64,000 bases of DNA from Zootoca vivipara (lineage: Eukaryota), in the NCBI RefSeq assembly GCF_963506605.1, contig NC_083288.1, positions 4,774,001-4,838,000 on the forward strand, written 5' to 3'. Each line of letters starts with the position of its first letter. The first letter of the stretch is position 1. The position numbers were made by a program, and so were the translations under genes. The notes beneath the pieces are model-generated. The model did not search any database. It saw only the letters and a list, made by a program, of their open reading frames with translations, and was not told the DNA's origin. Shown here one piece after another: positions 62,730-64,000 of this stretch.

Positions 62730-62951
62730 GTTTTGTGAGGTCCTTATAGTCTTTGGGGCCCTTTTGCACCACCACACGTCCTGCTTACCATATGACTCCT
62801 TTCACCAATGTCCATAGGTGATAGACCCACCTCCCTCTCAGCATGAGCTAAAAGCAGCCTTAAACCACACACACAGCAGCCATCACCTACCAGAACCACA
62901 TAATGACATGCTTACAAAAATGTTTTTAACTACAAGTACCCTTGGAGTTAA

Positions 62952-63213
62952 GGGACGTGGGTGGCGCTGTGGGTTAAACCACAGAGCCTAGGGCTTGCTG
63001 ATCAGAAGGTTGGCGGTTCGAATCCCTGCGACGGGGTGAGCTCCCATTGCTCGGTCCCAGCTCCTACTAACCTTGCAGTTCGAAAGCACGTCAAAGTGCA
63101 AGTAGATAAATAGGTACTGCTACAGCGGGAAGGTAAATGCCGTTTCTGTGCGCTGCTCTGGTTCGCCAGAAGCGGCTTTGTCATGCTGGCCACATGACCT
63201 GGAAGCTGTACGC
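62952..63213 (+). mobile_element. Sauria SINE, 3'-truncated
   Basis: Head and body match the other copies. Confidence 0.9.
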
Positions 63214-64000
63214 TGTATCCTTATCTATATGTTCCTTACATAAAGTGGTTCAGAGGTCATCATGCCTGTGAGAGAGAAGTTTGATTCACCTGATGGCCGC
63301 TGCATTGCGAGAGAAATCAGATTCTACAAATAGCAATGATTTCCAAAGGAGCAAGTCTCTTATTCTCCTACAAAGCTTTGTGACCTTGAAGCTGTATGGG
63401 AAAAAATGAGCTGCTGTGCCAATAACCACCTGGTTTGCAGAGCAATTTGATGCATGAAGGGTTAATCCTGATACATCATCGTTTACATTGGCTTTCCCCT
63501 AATTAGCACTAAGTCATACATATAAAATTATTTGTAATCCTTTAGCCTGTCTCAGGCTAAGCAAAAGGGGGGGGGGGGAGAGATAGTGCCACTTTAAAGT
63601 GGTGAGCTATCAGTATTCAAGGCAATTGCTCAGCCATTCTACATTGTAAATAATGTATGCACCCACCCAAACACAAATGTCCTTTTGTCTTGCCAGGTTT
63701 CTTCTGTGCCTTCTCACATAATAATCAAATAAATTCAAAATGTACCATCAAATCCCAATTAAAGCAACCACAAAAAGAGCTTCATCTTCTCTGATGAGGC
63801 TGCAGCTGAGCAATGCTACCAAAGAAAAAAACTGATAAATGTGATTGACTCAGAAAAGAAAAATAGATAAACTTATAATTCTACGATCTGTCTGCTTTAT
63901 ACTGCGGAGAGGTTCAAACACGATGTTTGGAGTCTCTTTGAATCTGAGGCTGTCTCAATGGAAGGAATAGGACCCTCTTGAGGTGTGAATGCTCTGAACT

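Noticed and set aside
1-64000. CRISPR arrays, operons or prokaryotic systems
   Set aside because: The sequence is vertebrate intron/exon DNA; the repeats lack unique spacers

Overview
Vertebrate genomic DNA from a squamate, probably a lacertid lizard, judged from its repeats (Sauria SINE/Squam1, Squam3, Bov-B, CR1, L2, Penelope, hAT and Tc1/mariner). The window holds the 3' portion of one + strand gene, COBL (cordon-bleu WH2 actin nucleator). Ten coding exons between 2540 and 57833 join in phase through GT-AG sites into about 1114 aa with two KRAP motifs, three WH2 domains and the terminal VPLLV. The 5' exons lie upstream of the window. Two further candidate exons absent from the ORF track were read directly: an alternative terminal exon (31920-31963, YCCASFPSRTKRV*) and an internal alternative first exon (46865-46980, MGLFLSVLC...). 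The second has a strong Kozak context, a myristoylation-like N-terminus and a phase-compatible GTAAGT donor. The introns are dense in transposons. Notable cases are palindromic Penelope remnants carrying hammerhead-ribozyme cores, cargo-carrying non-autonomous hAT and Tc2-like elements, multi-layer nested insertions, and many TA-CCG/CCGG/CTG-TA motifs that look like mariner excision footprints. Repeat family names come from recalled consensus features, not database searches.
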